Source of the DNA: Candidatus Hydrogenedentota bacterium
Lineage (GTDB): Bacteria > Hydrogenedentota > Hydrogenedentia > Hydrogenedentales > SLHB01
Direction of reading: 5' to 3'
Assembly: GCA_963745075.1 (NCBI GenBank)
Contig: CAVUWV010000015.1
Span: forward strand, 64,001-128,000
Length of the DNA: 64,000 nucleotides
Made by a program: the position numbers and the translations under genes. Within the stretch, counting starts at the first letter, position 1. Every line of letters starts with the position of its first letter. The notes under the pieces were generated by a model that made no database searches, was not told where the DNA came from, and saw only the letters and a program-made list of their open reading frames with translations. This document shows, one piece after another, positions 19,745-30,061 of the stretch.

Positions 19745-21628
19745 TCAAAGCGGGATGTTGTATTCCGAAATCTTGTTGTAGAGCGTGCTGCGCCCGATAT
19801 CCAGGATCTTTGCGGCGTCGCGGATGTTGCCGCCGCAATGCTGTAAGACACTCATGATGTGGCTTTTTTCCACTTCCTGGAGACTGATCATCGACTGGTT
19901 CGCCTCCTCTCCTCCCATGGTGGAGCAAGCTTCCAAGGAATCTACATCGATGTACTCGGTGCGGGCCAGTGCAACCGCGCGCTCCACGAAATTTCGAAGT
20001 TGCCGAACATTCCCCGGCCACCGACGCGCGCGTAAGAAGCCGAATGCGTCGTCGGTGAACCCAACGATTGGCCGCTTCGCATGGTCCAGGCTGTGCTTCA
20101 AGAAAAACTCGGCGAGGATCGGAATATCTGAAGGTCGATCCCGTAACGGCGGCATTAGTACCTCCAGCCCGTTGAGCCGGTGATACAGGTCGGCCCGGAA
20201 CGTGTTCTGCTTGACTAAGTCCGAAAGCCGCTTGTTGCTTGCGGCAACAACACGAAGATTCACGTGTGTTTCGCGATTGCTGCCTAGACGCGTAAAGGTG
20301 CCGGACTCGATCACCCGGAGGAGCTTCGCCTGGTCTTCGGACGTAAGATCGCCAATCTCGTCCAAGAACAACGTTCCCCCATCGGCTTCCTCCACACGGC
20401 CGATCCGCCGTTCCGTGGCGCCGGTAAACGCGCCTTTCTCATATCCGAACAGTTCGCTTTCCAGCAACTGTGAAGGGATTGCAGCGCAATTCACCGTAAC
20501 GAGCGGCCCATTGGCCCGGTCGGACATCTCGTGAATCATGATCGCGGCCAGCTCTTTCCCGGTGCCCGTTTCCCCCTGGATCAGAATCGACAGTTCCGAC
20601 GGCGCGGCATTGCGAATCAGATTCCGCACTTGGCGGATGGCACGGCTGTTGCCGACCAAGGTCTTCGCCGAGCGCGTCATGGCGCGCAACCGCTGCAAGT
20701 CCTGCCGCAATAATTCCACGTGTTCCATGGCACGGAAGTACGGCGCCACGGTGTTCGCCACCGAGAGCAGGCGGCGAAGTTCGTGTTCGCCGTACTCCTG
20801 CTCGTTCGCTTCGCTCCGTACCAGCAGGGCCCCGATTCGCTGTTCCCCGAGACCCATCGGTGCGACCAGCAGCGTGCCCAATCGTTTTTCGTCAAATTCC
20901 TTGTTGAAAATCGGAACCACCAGGCCACCCGGCCGACTCAATGCCTTTTGCGTCTTGCGCTCGATATCAGTGGGAGGCTGGACGGTTTCCCCCGCCAGGC
21001 AACTCGGGCGCGTGTAAAACTGCAATTCCGGGTTGCCCGGTCGCATGCGAACGATCCATGCACCCGTGGGACGGAACAGTTCCCGTAATTCACTGAAAAC
21101 CGTCGTCATCAGTTCCTGTACGGTCAGCACGCGGCTGCACTTTCGGCCGATGTCGTACAGCGCCGCCAGGTCTTGCACCGAATTGGGGTACGCCATCGCC
21201 ATGAGTTCGGCGGTCTTTTCGCCAGGCACCGCCGACTGATCCTCCGCCAGCCGGATGGTCGTCAGATCGTCGGGTGACGTGGCGTGCCCGGCCAGTTCCG
21301 GGCGCTCGGCCGTGCTCGACACCAACAGCACCGTCCGGCCCACCGCGAGTTCATCCCCTTCCCGGAGGGCGCACTCCGTCACGGAGCGTCCGTTCACAAG
21401 CGTGGCATTGCTGCTGCCGAGGTCGCGTACAACGAGACCGCCATCGCCCGGCACGATTTCGCAGTGCCGCCGCGACACGAGGGAATCTTCAATCGCGATC
21501 TGGCACTCGCTGCCGCGGCCGACCAAGACCGGGTCCTCTCCCACCGCCCAAGTTCGCCCCTTCAGCGATCCCGTTTGCGCGTTGAGATAGAACAACGCTT
21601 CCTTTCCTCTCGATACAGATTCGTTCAC
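19745..21628 (-). CDS. Sigma-54-dependent enhancer-binding protein, FHA-GAF-AAA+-HTH
   Basis: FHA (GR...SRRH...DLGSSNAT), GAF-like middle, GETGTGKE, ESELFG, intact GAFTGA, WPGNVRQL, C-terminal Fis-type HTH. Confidence 0.93.
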   Translation of the reverse strand: MNESVSRGKEALFYLNAQTGSLKGRTWAVGEDPVLVGRGSECQIAIEDSLVSRRHCEIVPGDGGLVVRDLGSSNATLVNGRSVTECALREGDELAVGRTVLLVSSTAERPELAGHATSPDDLTTIRLAEDQSAVPGEKTAELMAMAYPNSVQDLAALYDIGRKCSRVLTVQELMTTVFSELRELFRPTGAWIVRMRPGNPELQFYTRPSCLAGETVQPPTDIERKTQKALSRPGGLVVPIFNKEFDEKRLGTLLVAPMGLGEQRIGALLVRSEANEQEYGEHELRRLLSVANTVAPYFRAMEHVELLRQDLQRLRAMTRSAKTLVGNSRAIRQVRNLIRNAAPSELSILIQGETGTGKELAAIMIHEMSDRANGPLVTVNCAAIPSQLLESELFGYEKGAFTGATERRIGRVEEADGGTLFLDEIGDLTSEDQAKLLRVIESGTFTRLGSNRETHVNLRVVAASNKRLSDLVKQNTFRADLYHRLNGLEVLMPPLRDRPSDIPILAEFFLKHSLDHAKRPIVGFTDDAFGFLRARRWPGNVRQLRNFVERAVALARTEYIDVDSLEACSTMGGEEANQSMISLQEVEKSHIMSVLQHCGGNIRDAAKILDIGRSTLYNKISEYNIPL

Positions 21629-21814
21629 GCTTTGACCCCGAGTGCTAGCACAAAATTAACTTCATCGTACCGAATTTGAAGTCCCCGGATCACACCACGC
21701 GCGTCTACGGTCCGCGTTGATTTGGCACCGGCCCGTTTCCGGATTCCACGGTTTCCATGATACGATAGCCCCTCACGCTAGACGTATGGGGGATATCGGG
21801 GAGGATTTTGAACC

Positions 21815-22897
21815 ATGTCGCATTCGAACGCAGCTTTTGGGCCGCCCTCACGCCGTCAATTCATGCAGGTATCCGCGGCCGTCGGCGTCGCGGCGGTCGG
21901 TTCTCTGGGTTCGCAGCCGGCCGGCGCTGCCGAGCAATCCGGCGCTGCCGAAGGAACCGGTGCCCAGCGGCTCTCTCTGGACCAACTCAAGCAGTGGGAA
22001 TCTTGGCGGTATGGCATGTTCATCCACTTCGGCATGAGCACCTACGTGCAAAACGAACTGCCCGATGGCAAAGCCCCCGCCACGACCTACGCCCCCACCG
22101 CCTTGGACGTCGATCAATGGGTTTCCGTTGCGCGCGACGCGGGCATGAAATACGCCGTGCTCACCACGAAACACGTCGCGGGCCACTGCCTCTGGCCGAC
22201 GAAGCTTACAGACTACTCCGTCGTCAATAGCGGCGATACGACCGACGTTGTCGGGAGATTTGTCGAATCCTGCCAGAAGCGCGGCGTCCAGCCGGGATTC
22301 TATTACTGTTCGTGGGACAACCACAACCGGTTCGGCAGCCAGACGCCTTCCGACGGAAAGCAGGAACTCCCGGCGTATACCACGTCGCTGTACCAGACGT
22401 TCCAGACCGCACAGATTACCGAGTTGCTTACCGATTACGGACCCATCGCGGAAATGTGGATCGATATCCCCGGCGTGCTCGGCCGCGGCTACCGGACCTA
22501 CCTCTACAACTACGTGGCCTCGTTGCAGCCCGACACAGTCATCATGATGAACAGCGGCATTTCCACGGGCGAGAAGTACAACGTCGACTACGCCTGGCCC
22601 TCCGACCTCATCGCCATCGAGCGCCGCCTGCCGCCGGATCAAGGCCACAATCCCTGGCGCGATATCGAAGGGAAGCGCTATTACATGCCCGGCGAAGTCT
22701 GCGATCCCATCGGCAAGGACTGGTTCTACGTCGAAGGTGACACGCCCCGGCCGGACGCGGATCTGCTCGAACAACTTCAATCTTGCCAGGCACGCAATGT
22801 AAATCTGTTGCTCGACGTGCCGCCCGACAAGTCCGGCAAAATCCCGGACATGCACGTCCAAGCCCTGAACCGGCTCGCCAAAAACGCGGGACTGTAA
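21815..22897 (+). CDS. Tat-exported GH29 alpha-L-fucosidase
   Basis: SRRQFM Tat signal; YGMFIHFG, AGMKYAVLTTKH, EMWID nucleophile region, NLLLDVPP. Confidence 0.88.
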   Translation: MSHSNAAFGPPSRRQFMQVSAAVGVAAVGSLGSQPAGAAEQSGAAEGTGAQRLSLDQLKQWESWRYGMFIHFGMSTYVQNELPDGKAPATTYAPTALDVDQWVSVARDAGMKYAVLTTKHVAGHCLWPTKLTDYSVVNSGDTTDVVGRFVESCQKRGVQPGFYYCSWDNHNRFGSQTPSDGKQELPAYTTSLYQTFQTAQITELLTDYGPIAEMWIDIPGVLGRGYRTYLYNYVASLQPDTVIMMNSGISTGEKYNVDYAWPSDLIAIERRLPPDQGHNPWRDIEGKRYYMPGEVCDPIGKDWFYVEGDTPRPDADLLEQLQSCQARNVNLLLDVPPDKSGKIPDMHVQALNRLAKNAGL

Positions 22898-23107
22898 GAA
22901 AAGCCGACGTACGAAGTGCGAGGGCTTGTCTTTGCTTTAGTGAAACAGGCTTGCTTGTCGCGTAATGAAGGCATAGTTGACGGAGTGATGGACCTCCGGG
23001 TCGCCGCCGAAGTACAGCGCCGCGCAGGGGGGGCAGAAGAATGCGCAAACGCCCCGGCGGACGCTGCCGCACTCAATTCGAGAAACCGCCTCCGCAAAGC
23101 GTGCGCT

Positions 23108-24913
23108 CTACTCGGCCAACTCCAGCTTGGCCATCGGCGACCCGGGAATCGCATCGCCCACACCAGGCGTCAACTCCGCCCAGTGCCGGGGCCGCTCGGG
23201 ATGAGACGGGTCCAGGTCGTTTGCCACGATGGAAAAGGTGAACGACGAACCCGGCTTCAATTCCACCGGCGTGAGTTCCGACTTCGGAAACACCGCTTCA
23301 TACACCGTATCCAACCCGTTGCGCGTGATTCCGAGATTGACGGTCGTATTCACGGTTTCCCATTCCCGGTCTACGCCTTTATACAGGAAGACCTCCGGCC
23401 CCGATTTGGTCAGCGTCAAGCCCCACTCCCACTTGCCCGTCATGAACAATTGGATGCCGTCCGCCGACCACACGACGTCCCCGGCATAGGGCTGATAGAA
23501 CTCGTCGTCATGGGTTTCCACGGCCAGATACAAATTGTCCTGGTCCCACATCAATCGGCAGCGCGCACTCAGGTCGTCGGTATCGGCGATGTCGAATTCC
23601 CAGGGATAGATCAAGGGAATCGGCACGCTGTTTGCCCATTCCGAGAGGTCGCCGTCCGCCGTCACGGGTCTGGTAGCCTTCGGAACCGTGTACTCGGGTA
23701 CGAGGTCGAGCCGCCGTTCTACGCCGATCGGTCCGCCGTGCTGGCTGGCCTTAAACGTCGTCTGCAACGTGGGTACAGGAAACCGGACCGCTTCGGGACT
23801 GTCGGCCCGGATGTGGAAATCGAGATACGTAATGTCGTTGGACTTCGCGTGGTACGTCATTTTGGTTGGTTCAACATGCCATCCGGCGGGGACGTCCCAC
23901 GTCATCTCCGAGTCAAAGGCTTTGTCGTAAGGATTCTGCACGAATGCCGTCACATTCCGGTCAAAGCCCTGGCCTTGTGCCACATCGATCGTCTCGGTTC
24001 CCACCCAGTTCCGGCGTACGTTGTGCATCTCGTCGATGCGCGCCTGGGTCACCACATCCGGCGGTAATACCGACCCGGGCTTGATGACCGACCACGTCAC
24101 ATCGTCGCCGCGGACTCGCACGAGGCAAAAATGGTGGAACCCGCCTTCGTCCAATGGAGCCCGGATTTCAGCGCCGCCGCCCGCGGAGATTACGTAATCG
24201 ACCCCGTCGCGACGGCCCATGTAGCGGTAAAGGTGATTGTCGCCCCCAAACACGATTCTCACGGGGTGCCCCTTGATGATCTCCGCCACGTTATCCCAAC
24301 TCGGCGACCAATTGGGATCGTTCCAACCCGCGACGAAATACGGTTTGTGCAGAAACAGGAAGATGTTTCTTGCGTGGGTCGACTCCAGATCGTCTTTCAA
24401 CCAGGCGATCTGATCGTCCGATAGCCGTTGTCCCGCGCCCACTTCTTCGCTGTTCAGCGCAATAAACCGCGAATTGCCGTAGGAAAAGGCGTAGCACGTC
24501 GGACCCACCCGCTCCAGCCAGATCTGTTCCGTCGCGGCGTCGCTGATGTCGTGGTTCCCCGTGACGGGGAACAGCGGAACCTCGAGGTCCGCCGCCACCC
24601 GGGAATACTCGTCCCACTGTGCCGGGAGCAAATCGGCCGCCCCGCCGAGGATCAAATCGCCCACGTCCACTAGGAACGCAGGTCGGAGGGCGTTGACATC
24701 TTTAATGATCTGCTTCCAAGTCTCGGACTGTTCCGTCACGGAAAGGGACCGCGTGTCGGCCACCACGACGAAGTCGAAGGACTCCGGACTAATCGGAGGG
24801 CTGGCACGCAGTTGATTGAGCGCCTTTTCGGCCAAGCTTTCCGCCGATGCGGTATGCGGCGTGACGACGCCAGTCAGGGTAAGCAGTACAGCCGTCAGGA
24901 TGAACCGGTACAT
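23108..24913 (-). CDS. Secreted calcineurin-like metallophosphoesterase with C-terminal CBM9/DOMON-like domain
   Basis: Signal peptide from ATG 24913; VADT, GDL, GNHD, HKP, GGDNH motifs; C-terminal DGDLSEW...MWDQDNLYLAV...YEAVFP. Confidence 0.82.
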   Translation of the reverse strand: MYRFILTAVLLTLTGVVTPHTASAESLAEKALNQLRASPPISPESFDFVVVADTRSLSVTEQSETWKQIIKDVNALRPAFLVDVGDLILGGAADLLPAQWDEYSRVAADLEVPLFPVTGNHDISDAATEQIWLERVGPTCYAFSYGNSRFIALNSEEVGAGQRLSDDQIAWLKDDLESTHARNIFLFLHKPYFVAGWNDPNWSPSWDNVAEIIKGHPVRIVFGGDNHLYRYMGRRDGVDYVISAGGGAEIRAPLDEGGFHHFCLVRVRGDDVTWSVIKPGSVLPPDVVTQARIDEMHNVRRNWVGTETIDVAQGQGFDRNVTAFVQNPYDKAFDSEMTWDVPAGWHVEPTKMTYHAKSNDITYLDFHIRADSPEAVRFPVPTLQTTFKASQHGGPIGVERRLDLVPEYTVPKATRPVTADGDLSEWANSVPIPLIYPWEFDIADTDDLSARCRLMWDQDNLYLAVETHDDEFYQPYAGDVVWSADGIQLFMTGKWEWGLTLTKSGPEVFLYKGVDREWETVNTTVNLGITRNGLDTVYEAVFPKSELTPVELKPGSSFTFSIVANDLDPSHPERPRHWAELTPGVGDAIPGSPMAKLELAE

Positions 24914-25347
24914 GATACACTTCCTTCCAAATGTGGACGCGTTCGGTTTCGTGTCGCACCAACGAAATCCGGAACATCCAGTATAGCGAACGAAACACTG
25001 GCATGCATGATCGGCATGGAGAAGGGTTCTGGTGGACGGGGCCGAGCACAAGAAGGAACGACTGGGCTCTGCCGTGGGGCTGTGTCGTGCTTGCATTCAC
25101 GCTCGTTCCATCCAGCACCCGCGTGGGGGCGACGCGTACTGGCGTTGCGGCCTGTCGGATTCCGACAAACGCTTTCCCAAATACCCGCGATTGCCCGTGC
25201 TCGAGTGCCCGGGATATACGCCGCGCGACGATTTGTAAATGTTGCACGTGGAACCTTCTGCACGCCCCATGTGCTATCCTTTGCCGGGATGACGGTTTGC
25301 CGCGTTGCACTGCGCGATTGTTTTGGACGATAGCTGGAGCGATGAAG

Positions 25348-25509
25348 AACATCCCCCTTGATCCCCCTTCAAAGGGGGAATTGCTCGCAACGCTTCGCGT
25401 TGCGTTAGAGGTGAACGAAGATTTCGTATCAAGTCGACTGATAGCATCTATCACCATAAGTCGAGTGCACGCACGCTTCCCCCTTTGAAGGGGGATCAAG
25501 GGGGATGTT
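25348..25509. repeat. Perfect 33-bp inverted repeat pair (REP/MITE-like element)
   Basis: AACATCCCCCTTGATCCCCCTTCAAAGGGGGAA (25348-25380) and its exact reverse complement (25477-25509), 96-bp spacer. Confidence 0.9.
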
Positions 25510-25582
25510 TCTTGGGTCTTCTGTGTTCGTGGTCCTATAGCTGCGACACTTCTTGTCGTGTTCATGAAGAGGGGGGAGTCTC

Positions 25583-27574
25583 ATGATTCTTGTTGCACTG
25601 ATGGTATTGACGGCGGCGGGCGAGACCCCCGCGCAACCGGCGGCGACCTGGCCGGAGCATGCGTTCTTCGGATTGCATTACGATCTGCACGCGAACGCTT
25701 CGGACACGGAACTCGGCCGTGAGACTACGTACGAACACATCCGAGAGCAGCTCGAGAAAGTGCACCCGGACTTTGTGCAGTACGACTGCAAAGGGCACCC
25801 GGGTTACGCCGGATATCCAACCGAAATCGGTTCGCCCTCGCCGGGTATCGTCAACGACGCGCTCAGAGTCTGGCGCGACGTGACGCACGACATGGGCATA
25901 CCCCTGTCGATCCACTTTTCCGGCGTGTGGGATACCCGCGCCATCGAGTTGCACCCCGACTGGGCACGCATCGGTCCCGACGGGAAGCCCAGCCCAAACA
26001 ATACCGACCCGCTCAGCGACTACACGGAATCACTCATGATTCCTCAACTCATCGAAGTGGTCACCAAATACGACCTCGACGGGGTCTGGATCGACGGCGA
26101 AAACTGGGCCAGCCAGCCTTCTTGGAGCGAGCGATGTATCGCGGAGTTCACGCACCGGACGGGGATCGAGGAGATCCCGCGTAGCGCGAAGATCCTCACT
26201 GGTTCGAGTGGCTCGCTTTTCAGCGCGATCTCTTCATTGAACACGTCACGAAGTATGCGGACGCCCTGCACGCTGCCAAACCGGACGTGGCCGTCTGCAG
26301 CAACTGGATGTACAGCGTGCGTCAGCCCGAGCCCATCGTTGCGCCGGTCGACTACCTTAGCGGCGATTTCAATCCCTCCTTCGGGGCGGAACGGGCCTGC
26401 GCCGAGGCCCGCTTTCTGGCCAGCCGCGGAATGCCGTGGAACCTGATGGCGTGGTCCTTTCTGCGGACCGGCGATGAATTCTGGACGTTCAAGACCGTTC
26501 CGCACCTGTGCCAGGAAATCGCCGTCTCGCTCGCCCAGGGCGGAGCCGTATTCATCTACGACCAACCGCAGCGGTCGGGACGTCTGACAAGCTGGCACCA
26601 GGATATCCTTGCGGACGTGGCCCGGTTCTGCCGGAAACGCGAGGAATACTCGTTTCAGACCGAGACCATTCCCCAAGTTGCGCTGCTGCACAGTGAATCC
26701 GTCTACTACCGGCACAACGATCCCCTGTTCAACTTCGGTTCCGCCAACGAACCCATGGAAGGAGCCCTACACGCCCTGCTGGAGAACGGTTACTCCGTCG
26801 ACATCCTCAACGAAGAAATGCTGCTGAAGCGGATGGACCAGTATCGAGCCGTCGTGGTCGCGGAGCAGGAGGGACTGCCCGACACGATAAAGGCGGCGCT
26901 CGCGGAATACGTTCGGAAGGGCGGCAGGCTTCTGATCTCCGGTTCGAGTGCCGCCAAGGATTTCACGGACTTAACTGGTTGTACGCCGGTCGAAGGAAAG
27001 CAACAGGGGAACTCCTACGTTCCTGCCGGGAACGGCTGTGTCAGCGTTTCCGGCCCGTGGCAAACGTAACATTGAACGGCGCAGAGGAACTCGCGCCGCT
27101 CTTGAATCAACAGGAACCCGAACTCAATCAGGCCGGAACACCCGCCGCAACGCGCAATCGCGTCGGTGACGGCGTCGTCGTGGCGATTCACGGCCCGTGT
27201 TTCGCGCGTACCACACGGCGCACTACCCGATGCTACGTCAATTCATCGGCGACTGCTTCGCGAACCTCGACGCGGAGGGGTTAGCACATGTTGACAGTCC
27301 CTGGTGGATCGAAATGTCCGCCCGCAAGAAAGGGGACCAGCGGCTCTACCAATTTGTCAATCGTTCCGATGGCGGATACACCGCGCCCAACCGCCACATG
27401 GTCGAGCACGTGCCCGACGCGGGACCTTTCACCGTCACCATCCCGTTGGACGCGAAACCTACGCGCTGCTATCTGGCCCCCGACGAAGAAGGGCTGGAGT
27501 GGGCCTACAACGACGGTCTACTCACGGCGAATATCGCCGGTGTCAACATCCACAACGTACTCGTTGTCGAGTAG
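25583..27574 (+). CDS. Secreted GHL6/GH29-like hydrolase with GATase-like trimerisation domain; split by three -1 frameshifts (~26186, ~27064, ~27195)
   Basis: FFGLHYDLH, VQYDCKGHPGYAGYPT, YDLDGVWIDGE; frame hops restore RSxEDPHWFEWLAFQR, WQxVTLNGAEELAP and HGPVFRAYH into one continuous product. Confidence 0.75.
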
Positions 27575-27664
27575 ACGCGGCTTCCAGCCGCGTCAATTCT
27601 TCAAGGCTTACTCCCAATCGCGCCAAGAGGGGAAAGAGCCGAAGCTGCTGGAAGCTGCTTCTGC
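27571..27664. repeat. GTAG-type REP palindrome with degenerate inverted partner
   Basis: GTAGACGCGGCTTCCAGCCGCGTC (27571-27594) overlaps the stop codon; 27641-27664 matches its reverse complement at 19/24 positions. Confidence 0.65.
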
Positions 27665-27775
27665 TCTCCCCTCGCCTTCATGTGCGGACAGGGTCTTTCT
27701 GTCTAAACACTGCATTCTTAAGGTATTTATTCATAGTACCTTACAACTCGAACGACGAAGAGTCCGTGATTCTTT

Positions 27776-27807
27776 TGTTGCATTGCAGACAAGTTTGTGA
27801 TACAAAC
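27776..27807 (+). promoter_or_regulatory. Putative operator palindrome upstream of the membrane protein-HTH operon
   Basis: GTTTGT-GAT-ACAAAC (27793-27807) preceded by a weaker related box TGTTGCATTGCAGAC. Confidence 0.45.
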
Positions 27808-27845
27808 AACACAGATAAGGTTTGGTGGGAACGAGGAGACCGACG

Positions 27846-28598
27846 ATGGTACCGACAAAACAGAAACCACTTGGCCCCGCCGATTTTGACAATCTCCGGG
27901 ACACCGTTCATTGGAGCCGTACCTACGCCCAGAACCGGAGTCTGCCGGTCTTGCTCTACCTGCTCGCATACGGCGGCATATTCCTCTTGTTGTCCGGATT
28001 GGCTGCAGGAGGTGGCATGGCCACCAAGGCGGGATACCCTGTGCTTGGCATCCTTGCGTTGATCGGCTTCTTCGTGGTGTACGGTCTTCTGATGTATTTC
28101 GTAATCTCGAAACGGGGCCGAGGCTGGGTGGAGCAACAGTTGCAGCGGCCCTATGCCAAGGAAGGCACGGTGCGTATCAAGTCGGATCGCCGCGCACAGC
28201 ATCCCTATCTGGGCTACGTCGTTGGCCCGCTCTTTGGGATTTGCATCGTCGGCGAGGTCCTCCTGGGATTGTGTGGCTATCTGCCAATCCGGCTCATGCA
28301 GCCGGTCTCCGCACTATATTGCGTCCCGTTCTTGGTGTTTTTGTGGTGGTGGCAGCGCCCCGCATCAACCTGGGTCATGTTGTTGTGGCCTGCGCTGTAC
28401 GGGGCACACGCGGTGGTCCTAATCAGCGGGTTGCCGATTCCGACAGATGGTTCGTGGGCAATGTTTCACTCGATGGTACCAATGGTGGCTTACGGAGGTA
28501 TCGCCGCATTCCTTTCCCATCTATACAGCCGCTACGCGTTGCGCCGGCTCCGACGTTTGTCTCCGCCGGAAACGGATGCTGAAGACGTCGGGGGGTAG
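27846..28598 (+). CDS. Hypothetical multi-pass membrane protein
   Basis: GAGGAG RBS; about 6 hydrophobic segments; 2 bp upstream of the HTH regulator. Confidence 0.75.
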   Translation: MVPTKQKPLGPADFDNLRDTVHWSRTYAQNRSLPVLLYLLAYGGIFLLLSGLAAGGGMATKAGYPVLGILALIGFFVVYGLLMYFVISKRGRGWVEQQLQRPYAKEGTVRIKSDRRAQHPYLGYVVGPLFGICIVGEVLLGLCGYLPIRLMQPVSALYCVPFLVFLWWWQRPASTWVMLLWPALYGAHAVVLISGLPIPTDGSWAMFHSMVPMVAYGGIAAFLSHLYSRYALRRLRRLSPPETDAEDVGG

Positions 28599-28600
28599 TC

Positions 28601-28930
28601 ATGAAGCCGGTAGACAAGACCTTACACGAACCGGCCCGGCTGCGGATCGCCATGGTTCTGTCGGGCGTGGACGTGGTGGATTTCAACTTCCTCTTGACGG
28701 CGTTGGGGTTGACGCGGGGGAATCTCTCGTCTCACATGGATCGCCTCGAAAAGGCGGGTTATGTTGCAATCGAGAAAGGGTACAATGGAAAAATTCCACG
28801 GACAGAGTACCGGTTGACGGATGCGGGCCGGAAAGCCTTGGACGGCTATTGGACAGCGATTGACCGGATTCGCGCGATTCCGGAGAACCCGAATCCCGAT
28901 TGGATCGGTGACGGTGCAACGGATGACTGA
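28601..28930 (+). CDS. Winged-helix transcriptional regulator (HTH_34/MarR-like)
   Basis: LHEPARLRI...DFNFLLTALGLTRGNLSSHMDRLEKAGYV...PRTEYRLT pattern. Confidence 0.9.
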   Translation: MKPVDKTLHEPARLRIAMVLSGVDVVDFNFLLTALGLTRGNLSSHMDRLEKAGYVAIEKGYNGKIPRTEYRLTDAGRKALDGYWTAIDRIRAIPENPNPDWIGDGATDD

Positions 28931-29031
28931 CTCGAATTGATCGGCCGCGTCCGGCACCAGGTGGCGGTCGCGGATGTACAACCGATTTTAGGGAGGCTCA
29001 GGTCAAATACAGGCAGCATGGGGGAACGATC

Positions 29032-30017
29032 ATGCAAAAGTCCGCTGTTTACTTTCTTTCTGCGCTCTGCATCGTATTGGTCGTTGGATTTGTGATCGTC
29101 ACCATGAAGACGATGGACTTACGATCCGAAGTGAACCAGCTGCGGCAGGAAAGCGCCCGGCTTCATTCCCAAACCGAGCTAATGGCTGCCCTGGAAACGA
29201 ATCAGGAGTCGAGCAACTTCGCGCCGAATTGGAGGACGTAAAACCCAAGCTTGCCGAAGCGGAACAGGCCCTGGCGAAACGCGAAGAGGATCTCGCCGCC
29301 CTTCAAACCGACCAAACTCAGCCCGTGGAGTCCGGGCAAGAGGGCAAGAAGAAAGACGTGCCACCTTTCATGCGCATGCTGCAGAGCGACGAAGCCATCG
29401 AGGCCAACGCGAAGATGCAGGTCAACATGCAATACGGGATTCTTCTGGCCGACCTGAAATTGCCCGCCGACGTCGAAGAAGAAGTTCGCGCGATCCTGGC
29501 CGAGTCATTGACGGACCAGCTTCGGACGGTTATGAAGGCTATGCAGGACGGCACGATGAAAGATCTCAAAGCGAACCAATCAGAAGAGGCAATGACGGAG
29601 GCACTCCGCACGAAGTTGAGTAACGTGCTGAACGCGGACGAAATGGCGGTTTGGGAAGATTACGAGGCCAACAAGAACTACTACGTGTTGGAGCAAAGCT
29701 ACGACATGCAATTAGGCATGTATGCGCCTGCGATGTCGCGGGAAACGCGCGATACGGTGAAACAAGTCCTGGCCGAAGAGATGATCGTTGCGCAGCAGGA
29801 TCAATCCAAGGCGGGCGATTCCAACGCGAATGACTGGATGACCGTACAGTCGGAAGCCATGAACCGGGGTCTGGAGCGCCTTTCGACCGTGCTGAACGAA
29901 GAAGAGTACACGCAAGTCGAGCGATTCATCGAGCAGCAAAATGAATCGTTGCGCGCGTCGCAAGCCATGATGCAGTCCATGATGGGAACCGAAGACGAGA
30001 AAGACGACACACCGTGA
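29032..30017 (+). CDS. Membrane-anchored coiled-coil hypothetical protein; split by one frameshift near 29208
   Basis: N-terminal TM helix in ORF 29032-29241; frame hop gives VEQLRAELEDVKPKL continuing into ORF 29229-30017. Confidence 0.7.
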
Positions 30018-30061
30018 TCTCGGTTGAAGGCGCCGGCGCGAATCCGTATACTCTCGCCACT

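Noticed and set aside
21722..21740. Sigma-54 promoter TTGGCAC upstream of the fucosidase
   Set aside because: No GC at the -12 position (TGGCACCGGCCCGTTT)
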